Shown here: in pieces, positions 13,746-27,356 of the stretch
Position numbering within the stretch: the first letter of the stretch is position 1
Layout of the letters: every line of letters begins with the position of its first letter
Assembly: GCF_009914755.1 (NCBI RefSeq)
Contig: NC_060925.1
Reading direction: 5' to 3' (one strand)
DNA: 64,000 nt
From: the human T2T-CHM13v2.0 reference genome, Homo sapiens
The notes under the pieces: generated by a model
What the model saw: only the letters and a program-made list of their open reading frames with translations
What the model was told of the DNA's origin: nothing
Databases searched by the model: none
Translations under genes and position numbers: made by a program

Positions 13746-13819
13746 CCTCCCAGGTGATTCTAATGATGATCCTCATAACAGTTTTTGAGGCTGATGTTGT
13801 TTCCTTTGTTCAGCAGTAA

Positions 13820-14007
13820 AGTTTGTTGCCAAACTTTAGGATGCATTAAAATTACCTGGAGTGCTTGTAAAAACACAGAGTGATGGGCCCAACTTCACGG
13901 TGGATAATTCAAGGGATCTGGAGTAGTGCCTCAGAATTTGCATTTTTAAAAAGTTCCCAAGTGATGCTGATGTGTTAGGTTGGAGACCACACTTTGAGAA
14001 CTACACG
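13820..14007. mobile_element. MER5A (hAT-Charlie MITE)
   Basis: gcattaaaattacctggag..agaatttgcattttt..aagttcccaagtgatgctgatg..gaccacactttgagaactac. Confidence 0.8.
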
Positions 14008-14926
14008 TATGAAGGATGAAAGAGGTTCAAGGATTTGAAGCAACATAATGACTTTTCCAAATTCACAAAGCTAAAAAAGACGAGACTTGAAACTGGTGTT
14101 CTGATTTTAAACACATTGATTTTAAAAGTATACTAGTGTGTTACAATTTACAAATTTAGTTTTGTATCTATTATCTCAAATGATGGTTGAAAGAACATGG
14201 TAGGCAGGGGACACTGCTGTATAAAGATAAAGAAATTTAAGCACAAATAACTGAAGTACTTCTACATGGCTATATAGCAAGTAAACAAAAGATAATAGAA
14301 ATTAATCAAGATACCTACCTTTAAAATCCAAGTTTTTTCATTACTTTAAGTTGCTCTAATCAACCAAAGTGAAATGGTCTCATACTTCAGGTACCTTCTC
14401 TTTTTATAACACACCAAAATGTTGAATTAACTACATTCTCATTCCACATAGTGACATAATATTGAACTATCTATGTGACTGAAATTTGCAGCAACATTTA
14501 GTTATAATATTTTTGTCTTAACTTCAGATTCTGTGTTATTAAAATAAAGTGTGCAAAATTTTTCCATTTCTTGGAAATACATTTATTTGGTAGATTTCCA
14601 ACTTCCAAAATGTCTCTTGTCTGTGATGAGTTGATTGGAGATAGAAAGATTGCCTAATTTATTTAAGGCATAGATTCTGTTTTTGAAACACCAATATGTA
14701 GGCACATACGGTTTTTTTCCAGGCTATTGTATATTTTCTAGACAGTGAAAATAGCATATCGTATAGAAGAGTTGTTTAAAGACCATCAGTTCGGGTGCAA
14801 AAGTTTTATATACTGGGTCTTTTTCACTCTTTCTTTGTATTTGGCAGAAAAAGTAGAAGTGTTACTTCTTTAAAAACTGTTCAATTGCTGTGCCTGCCTG
14901 AGGCCACATCTTTCTACATATACTTT

Positions 14927-15331
<405 letters not shown>

Positions 15332-15430
15332 TCACAGTGTCAGCATTTACCCGCCCCCCCGACAAAAAACACACACTTCTATTGATCTAGAAAGGTATTT
15401 ATATTTTGATGACCCACAAGAAATATTTTT

Positions 15431-16392
15431 GGAAATAAAGTTTGGACTAGCTACCTATATATTACAGATCTGTTTTAATATTTACAACATAAATAAATAG
15501 ATATTACCCTGTCCAAAACAAAAATAGCACTGACAAAAGATCGACATACTCAACAAGACCACACCCCAACAAAGGCCTGCAAACGTTGTATGTACAGGCT
15601 TTTGAGGAAAATGCAGCAGAAAAAATTAGCTTTAACAAGATAGAAACACAAACATATTTAATTTTAACTAAATAGAAGTCATTTGAATGTATTGAATAGT
15701 TGTTAATATTATTTTTAACAGCAAAGAAATAGCTGAATTTTATTTAAGAGCTAACTATGCTGCCAAAATACATGCAATTCTACCTGGTGCTTAAATGGTT
15801 CTTTTTCACCATCAATAGCTTGTAACCTAAACAATACCAAATTTAAAATCTACATATCTACCATTCCATATCTAGAATGAGGTGCCGGGGTGGGAAAAGC
15901 ATAACCCTTATTGTTGTAATGGTAAGGCAGACTAGCTCCCCATGCTAGCCATCCTTGTACGCTGCTGAGCCTGTGAATTTACCAGGAGGTGTTCTGCAGA
16001 AGACACCCCTCACTCTCTGCTAGCTAAATTTATGAAGCTCGTTCTTCCAAATTAAGGCCAAGATTTTTCTTACTACCCCTAGAAATCTCTCTTGTATTTT
16101 CTACGGCATGAAGTCTCATTTATTCATTCTGACTTAATTTCAACACCTCATTGTCTTCCAGGTTAGAGTGTCAACTTCTTACGTGCCAGACTTCATCTTA
16201 CATTGTTTGTACTATGTTGAATCTAGGAAATTCTGGGCACCTAAATAGCCAACAGGTGGATAAGACACCGGTTGTATGTAGATCTTTTGTCAGTGCTATT
16301 TTTGTTTTGGACAGGGTAATGTCTATTAATTTATGTTGTAAATATTAAAACAGATTTGTAATATATAGGTAGCTAGTTCAAACTTTATTTCC
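15431..16392. repeat. 119-bp inverted repeat pair (15431-15549 / 16274-16392), 724-bp spacer
   Basis: Manual alignment: 114/119 identical in reverse complement, ungapped. Confidence 0.97.
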
Positions 16393-17283
16393 TTACTGTG
16401 TTCTGAAAAGTTATTCTGGTTTAGAAGAGTCACAAGTAGAAAGGGACTGGATTCTGTAAGAATCTTTTACATATTTGTAATAATGCCTGAAATAAAATTG
16501 TATTTTAAGATGAAATTACGAAATATTTACAAGTGACTATTATTTGCTGTAGATAGAGTACCTTTGTTTCAATTATTCTGCCATGAAAGAAACAAGATTA
16601 ATAACTAGGTAAGTGTCCTGTGAAATGTTTTAAACTTACAAATATGTCCTATTTAAAATTGATTACTTTCATAATTGTTAATTGATCAAAGCATTCATAT
16701 TAAATAAGGTCTATAGAAACTTTTTGTTGTAGTCAGAGTAAGGAACTCAATTAGAGGCCCCCAAATGAAATTACTAATAAGCCCATCAACAAATTATTGT
16801 AACTGAACCCTTATCTTGGCAGCTGAGAATTAAAAGAAAAGTTATTTGAGGACAAGAGATATAATTTTTAAAATTACCAGAATTGACAGGTTCTGAGGTC
16901 CTCTAAGTCCCCCTTTCAGACAAAGGGCATTTATTTTGTTATCATTATTATTTAAGACATCTTTCTCTTTGAAGCCCTTGAAACTAATTTATTTCTTTCT
17001 CCCTCCTTTCCCTCCCTCCCTCCATCCGTCTGTCCCTTCCTCCCTTCCTGCCTTCCTCCGTTCATATTATTCTGATCTTCTGACTAGGGGAAAAATAAAT
17101 AGACTATGCATCCCCAGCTCTTACATTATTAGGACACAATTCGTATTTCTTCAGGGTTTTTTTTTGAAAAATTTTTAAAAGAAGGAGAGTATGAAGATTA
17201 ATCAAAATTATTATCTATTGAGTAGGCTGCAATCAGGGAATTATCCAAGCTGTACTTAGGAAGAGTCCAAGCTTTCTCACATT

Positions 17284-17440
17284 CAGTGGTCTCAAATTAG
17301 CAGCAGCAGCAGCATCACCTGGAAACTTGTTAGAAACACAATTTCCTGGGTCTCACTCCAGAGCTCCTGATTTAAAAATTCTGCAGGTAGAGCTCAGGAA
17401 TCTATGTTTTCACAAGTCCTCTAGGTAATACTAAATGTAT
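17284..17440. mobile_element. MER5A/B fragment
   Basis: cagtggtctcaaa..gcagcatcacctggaaacttgttagaaa..aggaatctatgtttt. Confidence 0.8.
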
Positions 17441-18575
17441 TTTAGAATCCAGTAATTTATTTCTGGGCAGAATAAAGGACATGGAAAGCCTCATTCAAAA
17501 CCATTTTTTCTCACAAAAGTATGTAAAAATATGTTGGAAATGCAAATAGTATGGCTGATAGTAGAGGGAAATTAATACAATTTTGCTAGTTCAGGTCTGA
17601 TTCTTCTATTTTGTTCCACATGATCGAGGTGATTCTACTCATCTCTTAACAGGACTAAAGATAGTATGTTGCCATATTAATTAGAGTTTGACTGCAATCA
17701 ACATTTATTAAAGAGCATAGAACAAAATTCAAATAATTTATGCTTCTATAAAGGTATCTTTAGAATCTCGGGTGGAAACGTTTGAGAAGGGATGAGTTAT
17801 GGCAGAATTTTTTTTTTAATCTTTAGGTAATTTAGAAGCGGAATCATATATAAACATTTCCAAATTGTATTGAAATATGAACACAATTCCACTATCTTTC
17901 TCCCAGTAAAATTTAATAGTCATTTCTCTAAATTCCTTTTCTGTTATGGAATGCTCTCTGATTTACAGACATGTATTATGTATAACTAAGAATAGAGGCT
18001 TTCAGAAATTGTTGACTCTAACAAACAAACTTAAAAGTTCTTAACATACGGTTGTTGTTGATTGGATTTATCTATCATAACAAGAAACTAAGATAAGGTT
18101 TCATTCGGCAAAAAACACCATGAAGTATCATTTCATGGAAAGTCATTAGCTAAGACTAAAGTATGAAGTAACATGAGAAATGCAAATAACAGCAATATAA
18201 ATAAACTATCAAATGTGAAAGCAAAATTGATGTGAAAATGCATGTAGCCTCAGTGTTCTTTCCTCATCCCCTTCCCTCCCCCTGTTTTTAAGGCAACATC
18301 AAAACAGTTACTTCTGAGAATATTTATAACCTGTCAAGAGAAAAGAGTAGAGACTATGTGGCTGTGCATCCCTGAAGGAAAATGTTCATTTCAAAGCACC
18401 ATTGATGCAAATATTGCCTCTTTTCTGTTTTGCTGAATGGGTTGTTACGCTGATAAATTTAATTGTGTTAGAAACATAATTATCTAAAAGCCACTGGCAT
18501 TAAAAACACCAGTGTACTTCTGTAATAGAATTATAGATGTGGGATCATCTTTAATATAGGGGACATGAGTCTTAA

Positions 18576-18888
<313 letters not shown>

Positions 18889-19032
18889 ACGACTGTTGCT
18901 TTTCATGTGAGGAAATAATAGCACGATAACAACAACAATAAAAATGCTTCAGAAGAAGTTTGATATGGTTGATGGGAGATAGTGGTAAGAGATTCTTGCA
19001 GATGAATATTGCTATTTCTACTAAGCTGTTAA

Positions 19033-19367
<335 letters not shown>

Positions 19368-19374
19368 TCATTGT

Positions 19375-19418
<44 letters not shown>

Positions 19419-19432
19419 CACACAAACACACA
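19375..19432. repeat. Interrupted (CA)n microsatellite
   Basis: Seen directly. Confidence 0.95.
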
Positions 19433-20263
19433 ATTTCCTCCCATTGGTTTTCATTTGGTTGTATTTACTGTACACTGAGATTTAAAAAAAATATATATGA
19501 AGTGGCAAAATACCTCTGCAAACAAACAAAACAAGTACAACAAAAAAATTACCAAATTACATTATGTGTAACTGAACTAATAGGAAATGTAAATATTCTG
19601 AAAAGAGGGAATTCTTAATTAATAGGAATTAAATATTGTTTGTCCAAGGAAAGAGATGTCAGAGATGAAATGGGTAGCTTGAATAATAATAGACGGAGGA
19701 GAGAGAAAATGAATGTGCATATCTGTGACGATGTTTTCTATTTAAAAATACAATTTTTAACGGACCCAAGAGAAAATCTTATCTCAGTAAACTATCAACT
19801 GTTTTTATGAAATGAATACAAAAATCTATGCTTGAAGCTCAGTTTTGTAATGTGCTCTTATGACTTAGTTTCAATTGTTCAGTAATTAAAACCTCCAAAT
19901 AATAGCAATTTTTACAAAGAATATTGTGAATATTTTACAAATAATTATTGTGAAGTATAAGACACTGTATATATCTCTTATATATGAAAGTGCACATATA
20001 AATTACTATTATCTCCAGGCTTTAGAAGAAAATATTTTTCAATATTTCTAGATATGAAAAATGCCTCTAATGCCACCATAGGATGAGAGTCTAGGAGATG
20101 GACTTTAAGTTGTGGCTGTTACACTGACCCAGATCACATATGTTTATTAATTCAATGAAGAAGATCAATTATACTGCAGTTTTCAGAAGTATTAATATAT
20201 GTTTATTTTTCTTAACAAAAACTGATGACCTAAAAAAAGGGAAGGAAGGCAAAAGAGAGAGAG

Positions 20264-20631
20264 TGATATGGTTTTGCTGTGTCCCCACCCAAATCTCATT
20301 TTGAATTGTAACTCTCCCAATTCCCCTGTGTTGTGAGAGGAACATGGAGGCGGGTGATTGAATTATGGTGGCGGATCTTTCCTTCACTGTTCTCGTGATA
20401 GTGAATGAGTCTCATGAAATCTGATGGTTTTTAAAAGAGGAGTTCCCCTGCACAAACTCTTTTTGCCTGCTGCCATTCACATAAGATGGGACTTGCTCCT
20501 CCTTGCCTTCTGCCATGATTGTGATGTTTCCCCAGCCCTGTGGCACTGTAAGCCCAGTTAAACTTCTTTCTTTTGTAAATTTCCCAGTCTCGGATATGTC
20601 TTTATCAGCAGCATGAAAGCGGACTAATACA
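20264..20631 (+). mobile_element. THE1B-like MaLR solo LTR
   Basis: tgatatgg...ggactaataca with TSD gagag (20259-20263, 20632-20636). Confidence 0.95.
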
Positions 20632-23600
20632 GAGAGAAAACGAGAAAGAGAGAAAAACAAACAGAAAAGAAAGGAAGAGAAAAGACTGATTTTTAATTTT
20701 CTATTATGATATAAAAACCTCAGCTTACTCAAACCTAGGAATCATCCTTGCTTCTTTTTTTCTCACCTCCATTTTATTTCCCTCACACCCCACTTCTATT
20801 TCATAATTATTCTGTCTAAGAAACCACCCCAAAAGACAGTGGCTTAGTACACACACACCTGTTCCCAGGTTATGCTGTGAAAGTAATTTCTGTAGTTCCA
20901 ACTGGATGTCTTTAATTTTTCCCAGGAAATTTGTCACCAGTTGTCTTTTATTTCTCTCAGGAAAATTGTCACAGAACCTTTGTTTATTATAAAGCGAGGG
21001 GTGATAAGAATCCTTCTCGTGTGCTTTCGCATATTTTCCCCAAATTCATGTTGAGTTCATTCTGACCAACACATTGTTGCTTAATATGAGAGGACTGGGG
21101 ATTGGAAAAAGGGTCCAGTATCTGAATCAGTACATTCAGCCCACTGAGGACATCTTCATCCTGCCACATCACTCCTGCAGCTTACAGATGTATAGCTTCC
21201 CTTCTCTATTAGGAATTAAAGGAGAAGTTTGTATCCTGTGAACAAAGTGTGCAGCTGCATGTGTGAACATACCTTGCCCCTCCCCACTGCACACAGATGT
21301 AATGAGAGGTTGTGTTAATTTACATATCCCAATAAGTCTTCATAATATTTACAGTGGTTCTGTGGCTCAGCATTTGGATTAATAACATAGTTAATTTTGG
21401 GGCTTTATAATATTTTAGATTCCGCCTTTGCTGCACACATATTTTCAATGTCAGTAGCACAGAGACATCCACATGCTAATTTGAAGAGGTTTGTTAATTT
21501 AGGTTTGTTTATTCTGAAAACTCTACTAAAAATGAAATTTTAATGTACTTATAAAACCTATTACTTTTCCCTTCAAAGTGATATAAGACCCAGTAAAACC
21601 TGGGTAATAAGCTTCAGCAACTAATGATATTTGTAGAGGCTTTTGAAATGCATATTAGGTGATAATATTCCATCTCTCACTGTTACAGTATTATTATGAT
21701 CCCAAAACTAGTAACACTGTTGAAGTGAAATCCATATAAAATAACAAAATTCTTAGAACTTTCAGGCAGTGTGTTTGACATTTTCTTACAAAAAGTCAAT
21801 CCAGTTTCTGTGCTCTTGGTTCATTTTGTTTGTCTTCTAAGTGAGTCAGGATCAATAGGATCACTATGTTTATCTATTCAAATCTGAGATATTGACTTGC
21901 AAATAGACAATTTCATTATCCTCATGGGCATGATTTTCCTATTGGTGTCATTGGTACTAACTGAGCCTTTTGGGATTTCTACTGAAAGGTATGATAGCTT
22001 GTGTTCAACTCAGTGAGAGTTTACTAAATTCCTCCAATCATGCCTAGAGGTACTACATACAAATATGTGGTAATAATATCAGTGTTAAAGAGTAATGTGA
22101 ATGAAAGGGTTACAAAATGAACTAAAGGATTATACAGAGCTGTGCAGAACACTCACTATAGCAGACAAGATCAGATGGCACACTGTGCTTGGGGTTCATA
22201 CACAATTTTCAAAACAGCAGGGCTTTGTTCTCAGCTCTTCAGTTCTTGCAGGCTTATGAGCTCTTCATCAAGATGGGAAATACAATCTTTTTGCTCCTTC
22301 TGAAAATGAGAAAATCTTTTGAAGTTGAATTTGCTTGTAGTCAGTGCAAATGGTAAAGAAAAGTGAAGGAATTTAGTCAAGCAGTTTGCAAAATATTACA
22401 TGAAGGGTTATTTGGGAGATTGATTTATGAATTTATGGGACTACAGGAGAGTCATTAGAAGATTTTGTAAAAATTTTAATTAAGTTGCAGTAAGTTTAGC
22501 AGTAACCCATTAGATAAATCATATAATTCTTAAAAAACTTTTATGTAATGAGAAAATTTTTTTGTCACAATTATGTTTTTATTCTAGAAGACTACGTTAA
22601 TTGTGGGTTTGGAAAAGCAAAAACAAACAAAAAGCAAAAACAATTTATAGAAAAATCTATCTACGTCAAGATAATACCTATGGACAACAACAAAGTGTGT
22701 CTTGCTGGATTTGTCTTCAGTTCTTAATGTCACGTGGTTTCCTTTGGCAGCCTCCATGTCACAGTCTATACTCTCATTAAATTCAAAATTGTGAAAGTAG
22801 TGAATTTATCCCTTTTTCACATATTTCAACATCAAGTCTATTGTTTATTACTCATTAATTCTCTTTGCAAATACAGTGAAATTTTATATTTTAGATTAGA
22901 GATTTGGAAGTAGTAAATTTAGTGGCTTGCCCACTTAATAATTCAAACAATTATTTTTATTTGTATTATTTGAGTGTCATTTTCAAGGCATTGGAGATCT
23001 CTGTATGAAGGGAACAAATCTAAACTTCAAAAATAATGCATTTTATATATTTTACTGTTCCAATTTCAAATTTTAAATATGCTACTTTTTCTATCAATAT
23101 TCTTCTGGAACTATGTATGAACTTTCTGCTACTGATTACTTGGTAACTATTTACTTTTTATGTGGCCTTTGTATAGTTCTGTATACTTGCTTAAAGTTGG
23201 AATTGTAAAAGTACTTACTAGATTTGGGTTTGTGAGAACTACCAGAATAATTCATGTAAAGTGCATTTGCAAAATTTATTCAGTATGTTATCAAGAATTT
23301 AGGCTTTACTAGCATTTTTATTACACTTTATACTCTTATAAATTTGTTCATACATACTTTCTTGTTTGAGCTTCTTATGAGCTTATGAAGTAGACAAGAG
23401 TGAATATGACTATCCTAATTTGAGAGTGAAAGAACTGTTTAATTTCTTTATTTCTAGAGGATCTGAGTCCTCTTATAAAAATAGGTTCAATAAAACAAAA
23501 GTTATAGCAACATTATCTGATTTTCAACATTGCAGAATTAATTTGTGACAATCCTAGGGCAAGGCCTCAGGTATCTGGAGTTCCAGACTAACTTTTTGCT

Positions 23601-24178
23601 CTATCACTGTCCCTTATAGACATGATTCTCAAATTATGTAATTGCATTCTCTCCTAAAATCATGAGAAAAGTTGTATAACTGTAAGTAAATTTTGATAAA
23701 AATGTCTTTAGAAAAATTTCCTCATTTTTACTTTAGTCCCAGTAAGTACTTGGAAAACATTTTTGGATCAAATTTCCTTAATTGAGCATTAATGATTGAC
23801 TTTGAGGTGAAGAAAGGAAAAAAAATTAAAGCTTCTTGATTGACTATATGCTAGACAAAATTGTATTCCCAACTTGCCTATATTATTAGTTTTTCTTCAA
23901 AAATGCCAATAAACTGACTTAACTCAGTTAAATATTCTCAACATGGGCAATAATTTTTAAGGAAAACCCATATCTTAGTGTGGTTTCTGTATTCTTAGAA
24001 AGCATACAACTTTACAGAGCACAGGCAAGGATTTAGTGCTAACGTCATGTACGGTGACGAACCTGATACAAGACCCATAAAACACAGATTCTTTTAAAAT
24101 CTATTTTTTCTTGGCAGGGGAGAGGTTTTCCTCCATCCTCTGGCAGTTCCCTCAATGTAACATAAGAAGCTCTGCAGA

Positions 24179-24657
24179 CACATGCACACGTATGTTTATT
24201 GCGGCACTATTCACAATAGCAAAGACTTGGAACCAACCCAAATGTCCAACAATGATAGACTGGATTAAGAAAATGTGGCACATATACACCATGGAATACT
24301 ATGCAGCCATAAAAAATGATGAGTTCATATCCTTTGTAGGGACGTGGATGAAATTGGAAACCATCATTCTCAGTAAACTATCGCAAGAACAAAAAACCAA
24401 ACACCGCATATTCTCACTCATAGGTGGGAATTGAACAATGAGATCACATGGACACAGGAAGGGGAATATCACACTCTGGGGACTGTGGTGGGGTCGGGGG
24501 AGGGGGGAGGGATAGCATTGGGAGATATACCTAATGCTAGATGACACATTAGTGGGTGCAGCGCACCAGCATGGCACATGTATACATATGTAACTAACCT
24601 GCACAATGTGCACATGTACCCTAAAACTTAGAGTATAATAAAAAAAAAAAAAAAAAA
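24179..24657 (+). mobile_element. 5'-truncated L1HS-Ta insertion
   Basis: ORF2 C-terminus (..KTKHRIFSLIGGN) and 3'UTR with Ta diagnostics ACA (24546-24548) and G (24631). Poly-A tail and TSD aagctctgcaga (24167-24178, 24658-24669). Confidence 0.96.
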
Positions 24658-26450
24658 AAGCTCTGCAGATTGCTAATTAGGAGAACAGGATTAATAATAT
24701 AGGTAGTCAATTTTCATTACCTGTTTTGCTAGCTACTCTTCTGTGTAGCAGCCTTAGCGCCTGGGAGATATAAAATAGTAAATGTCAAAGATACAGGGAA
24801 AACAGGGTGTAGTCCCAGTTTAAAATAAGCATCTCACTTTAGAAAGAAGTTTCCCTAAATAGTCCATGATAGCAGATTTACAAAAAAGTAGACTATAAAC
24901 AATATGAGAGTGTTCTAAAAGGATTTCAAGAACTGAAAGTGTAAGTGAGCAGGACATGTGGTATATAAGATAGGAAATACTTTCATTCATTTTCTTTTGG
25001 ATCATTTTACCCATTTGATGGCTATTTTTTTTTTTACTTGGGCAGACCAAATGGCGTTATGGGGTTTGGGATTTGAAGAGGGAAGATCATTTACAGATAA
25101 CCAACAATTCTCTGATTACTTGTAGTTCTATTAAAAATTTCCAATATCCTATCATATAGTTCAGCATAAGAATAAAACCCTTCTTAGTTCACTTAAAGCT
25201 TTTTCCTCTCCCTATCTCAGGCCTGTTGCAGGCTATAAAGTTGTCATGAAAAAGGTAAGCATGGTAGATTCCTGTCCATCTTCCCATCTAACATTTCTAC
25301 TGCTCTGTCTCTGTGCATTGGGCTAATTGAGGCTTCTCCAGGATTTCAAATAAGGGAAAGGAGGAGACACAGGAGGCAAGGAATGGTCTCCATTAACGCG
25401 AAACCATCTGTCATTGGTTAGTTTCCTCTGGCTATGGTATTGGTACTTTTTTGTTCTCTCTCTCTCTCTGTCTCTCCCTCCCCATCCTCTCCATAAAATT
25501 ATCTTCACTGGAGATCTCACATCTGCGGTTCCTTTGGTACAGTTGCTTTGGACAAGTTCCTCTGACTGGTCACATAACACATGGCCCTTGGCACTGGGAC
25601 ACCTGATAGATATCTATCTGATTTCTTTTGGGATGTGTCTGTGTGTTTGTCCCTCAATCGAGCCCCCTGGAGAATGATGTAATATAGTGCTAAGCTAGCT
25701 TATTCTCTCTTTTCACGCCCCTCACTTTCTTACCACCCATATGAGAAATGTGCATTTTTTGCTCCTACAAATTCTGGGGCAGAAAGACTGCTTTTTATTA
25801 CTTTACCATCAGAAAAAAAGACTTGTGGCCATCTATCATCTCTTTTACAAAGTCGCTGTTACAAGACTTTTCCTTTATTTGAACTTAGCCTACTAAATGA
25901 ATAGGAGAAAAGTTCATTTGCCTTACATACATTTGGAGGGACTAATGTTTTGTATATGAGAAAAGAAAATATAAGTGCTTTCTAGTATGAAAGTTTTTAT
26001 TATTAGGTTTATCTGAAAAACAAAATTCTCACTATAGAAAAGAGCCAGGAATTTTATGGTTCCCTTTACAATTATTCAATCCCTCATGTTACAGACCTTC
26101 AGTTCCAAAGAATGAAATGTGCCAAATGTCTTTCACTGAATGTTCCCAACAGTATTTTGTGTATCATTCATGTCACTGTTCATGGGAGGAAAAGGTTATG
26201 AGACTTGTTGCCTTGTGTGCTCCAAAGGTGAAGCATGAGATGCTGTAAGGCACATCCACCAAGGTTCCAATTAGACTGAATTTGGATAGATGAGATGCTT
26301 TGCGGGGCAGGAAAAAAATGTTCAACAGATATCATTTAAGTAAACACTAGAAACTGGAGAGGATGACCCCTAAAAATTGCCATCCAAAAAATATTCTTTT
26401 AAATAAAAATACAAATTTTGAGAGTTTTGTGTTTTTTAGTTAAAAAACTA

Positions 26451-26541
26451 GTGTGTGTGTATATATATATAGTGTATCTATGTGTGTATATATGTATATA
26501 TATGTACATGTGTATATATGTATATATATATATGTATGTGT

Positions 26542-26582
<41 letters not shown>
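26451..26582. repeat. Long (TG)/(TA) compound microsatellite abutting an Alu tail
   Basis: Seen directly. Confidence 0.95.
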
Positions 26583-26915
<333 letters not shown>

Positions 26916-27009
26916 TCATATGTGAGATATATTAAACTTCTCAGTGAACACTAATGAAGTAGATAATAAGGAATACTAAGGTAGATGCCGAGCATGACCA
27001 ACAATAGGA

Positions 27010-27215
27010 CTATGAATATCTGGAATCTTGTAAGTCTGGATTTAAATTCTGGCTCAAGTACATACAAACCAAGCAAGCCACTTAAACTATAGGACTCTTA
27101 TCTATCTTATTTATAAGACAGGTGGAATAAGATTAATTCATTAGGTTGTAAAAATGAAATAAGAATAATGCAAAATGATTGGAATAGTGTAAGTGCTAAA
27201 CAAATGATAGCTATC
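27010..27215 (+). mobile_element. MIR
   Basis: tctggatttaaattctggctc..gcaagccacttaa..ggttgtaaaaatgaaataagaataatgca..gtaagtgctaaacaaatgatagctat. Confidence 0.7.
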
Positions 27216-27254
27216 ATCATTATCATCACTATTTTTTGTCATTTTCATTTTATT

Positions 27255-27356
27255 TATTATTTATAAAACAGCTTTACTGAGGAACAATTGATATACAAAG
27301 AACTGCACATATTCAATGTGTACCATTGGATAAGTTTAGACGGTGCAAACCCTGTG
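27255..27356 (-). mobile_element. L1MB/MC 3' terminal fragment
   Basis: acagctttactgagg..attgatatacaaagaactgcacatatt..aatgtgtac. Confidence 0.6.

Noticed and set aside
15431-16392. Novel DNA transposon with 119-bp TIRs
   Set aside because: No TSD, no transposase ORF, and the spacer appears to be old genomic DNA.
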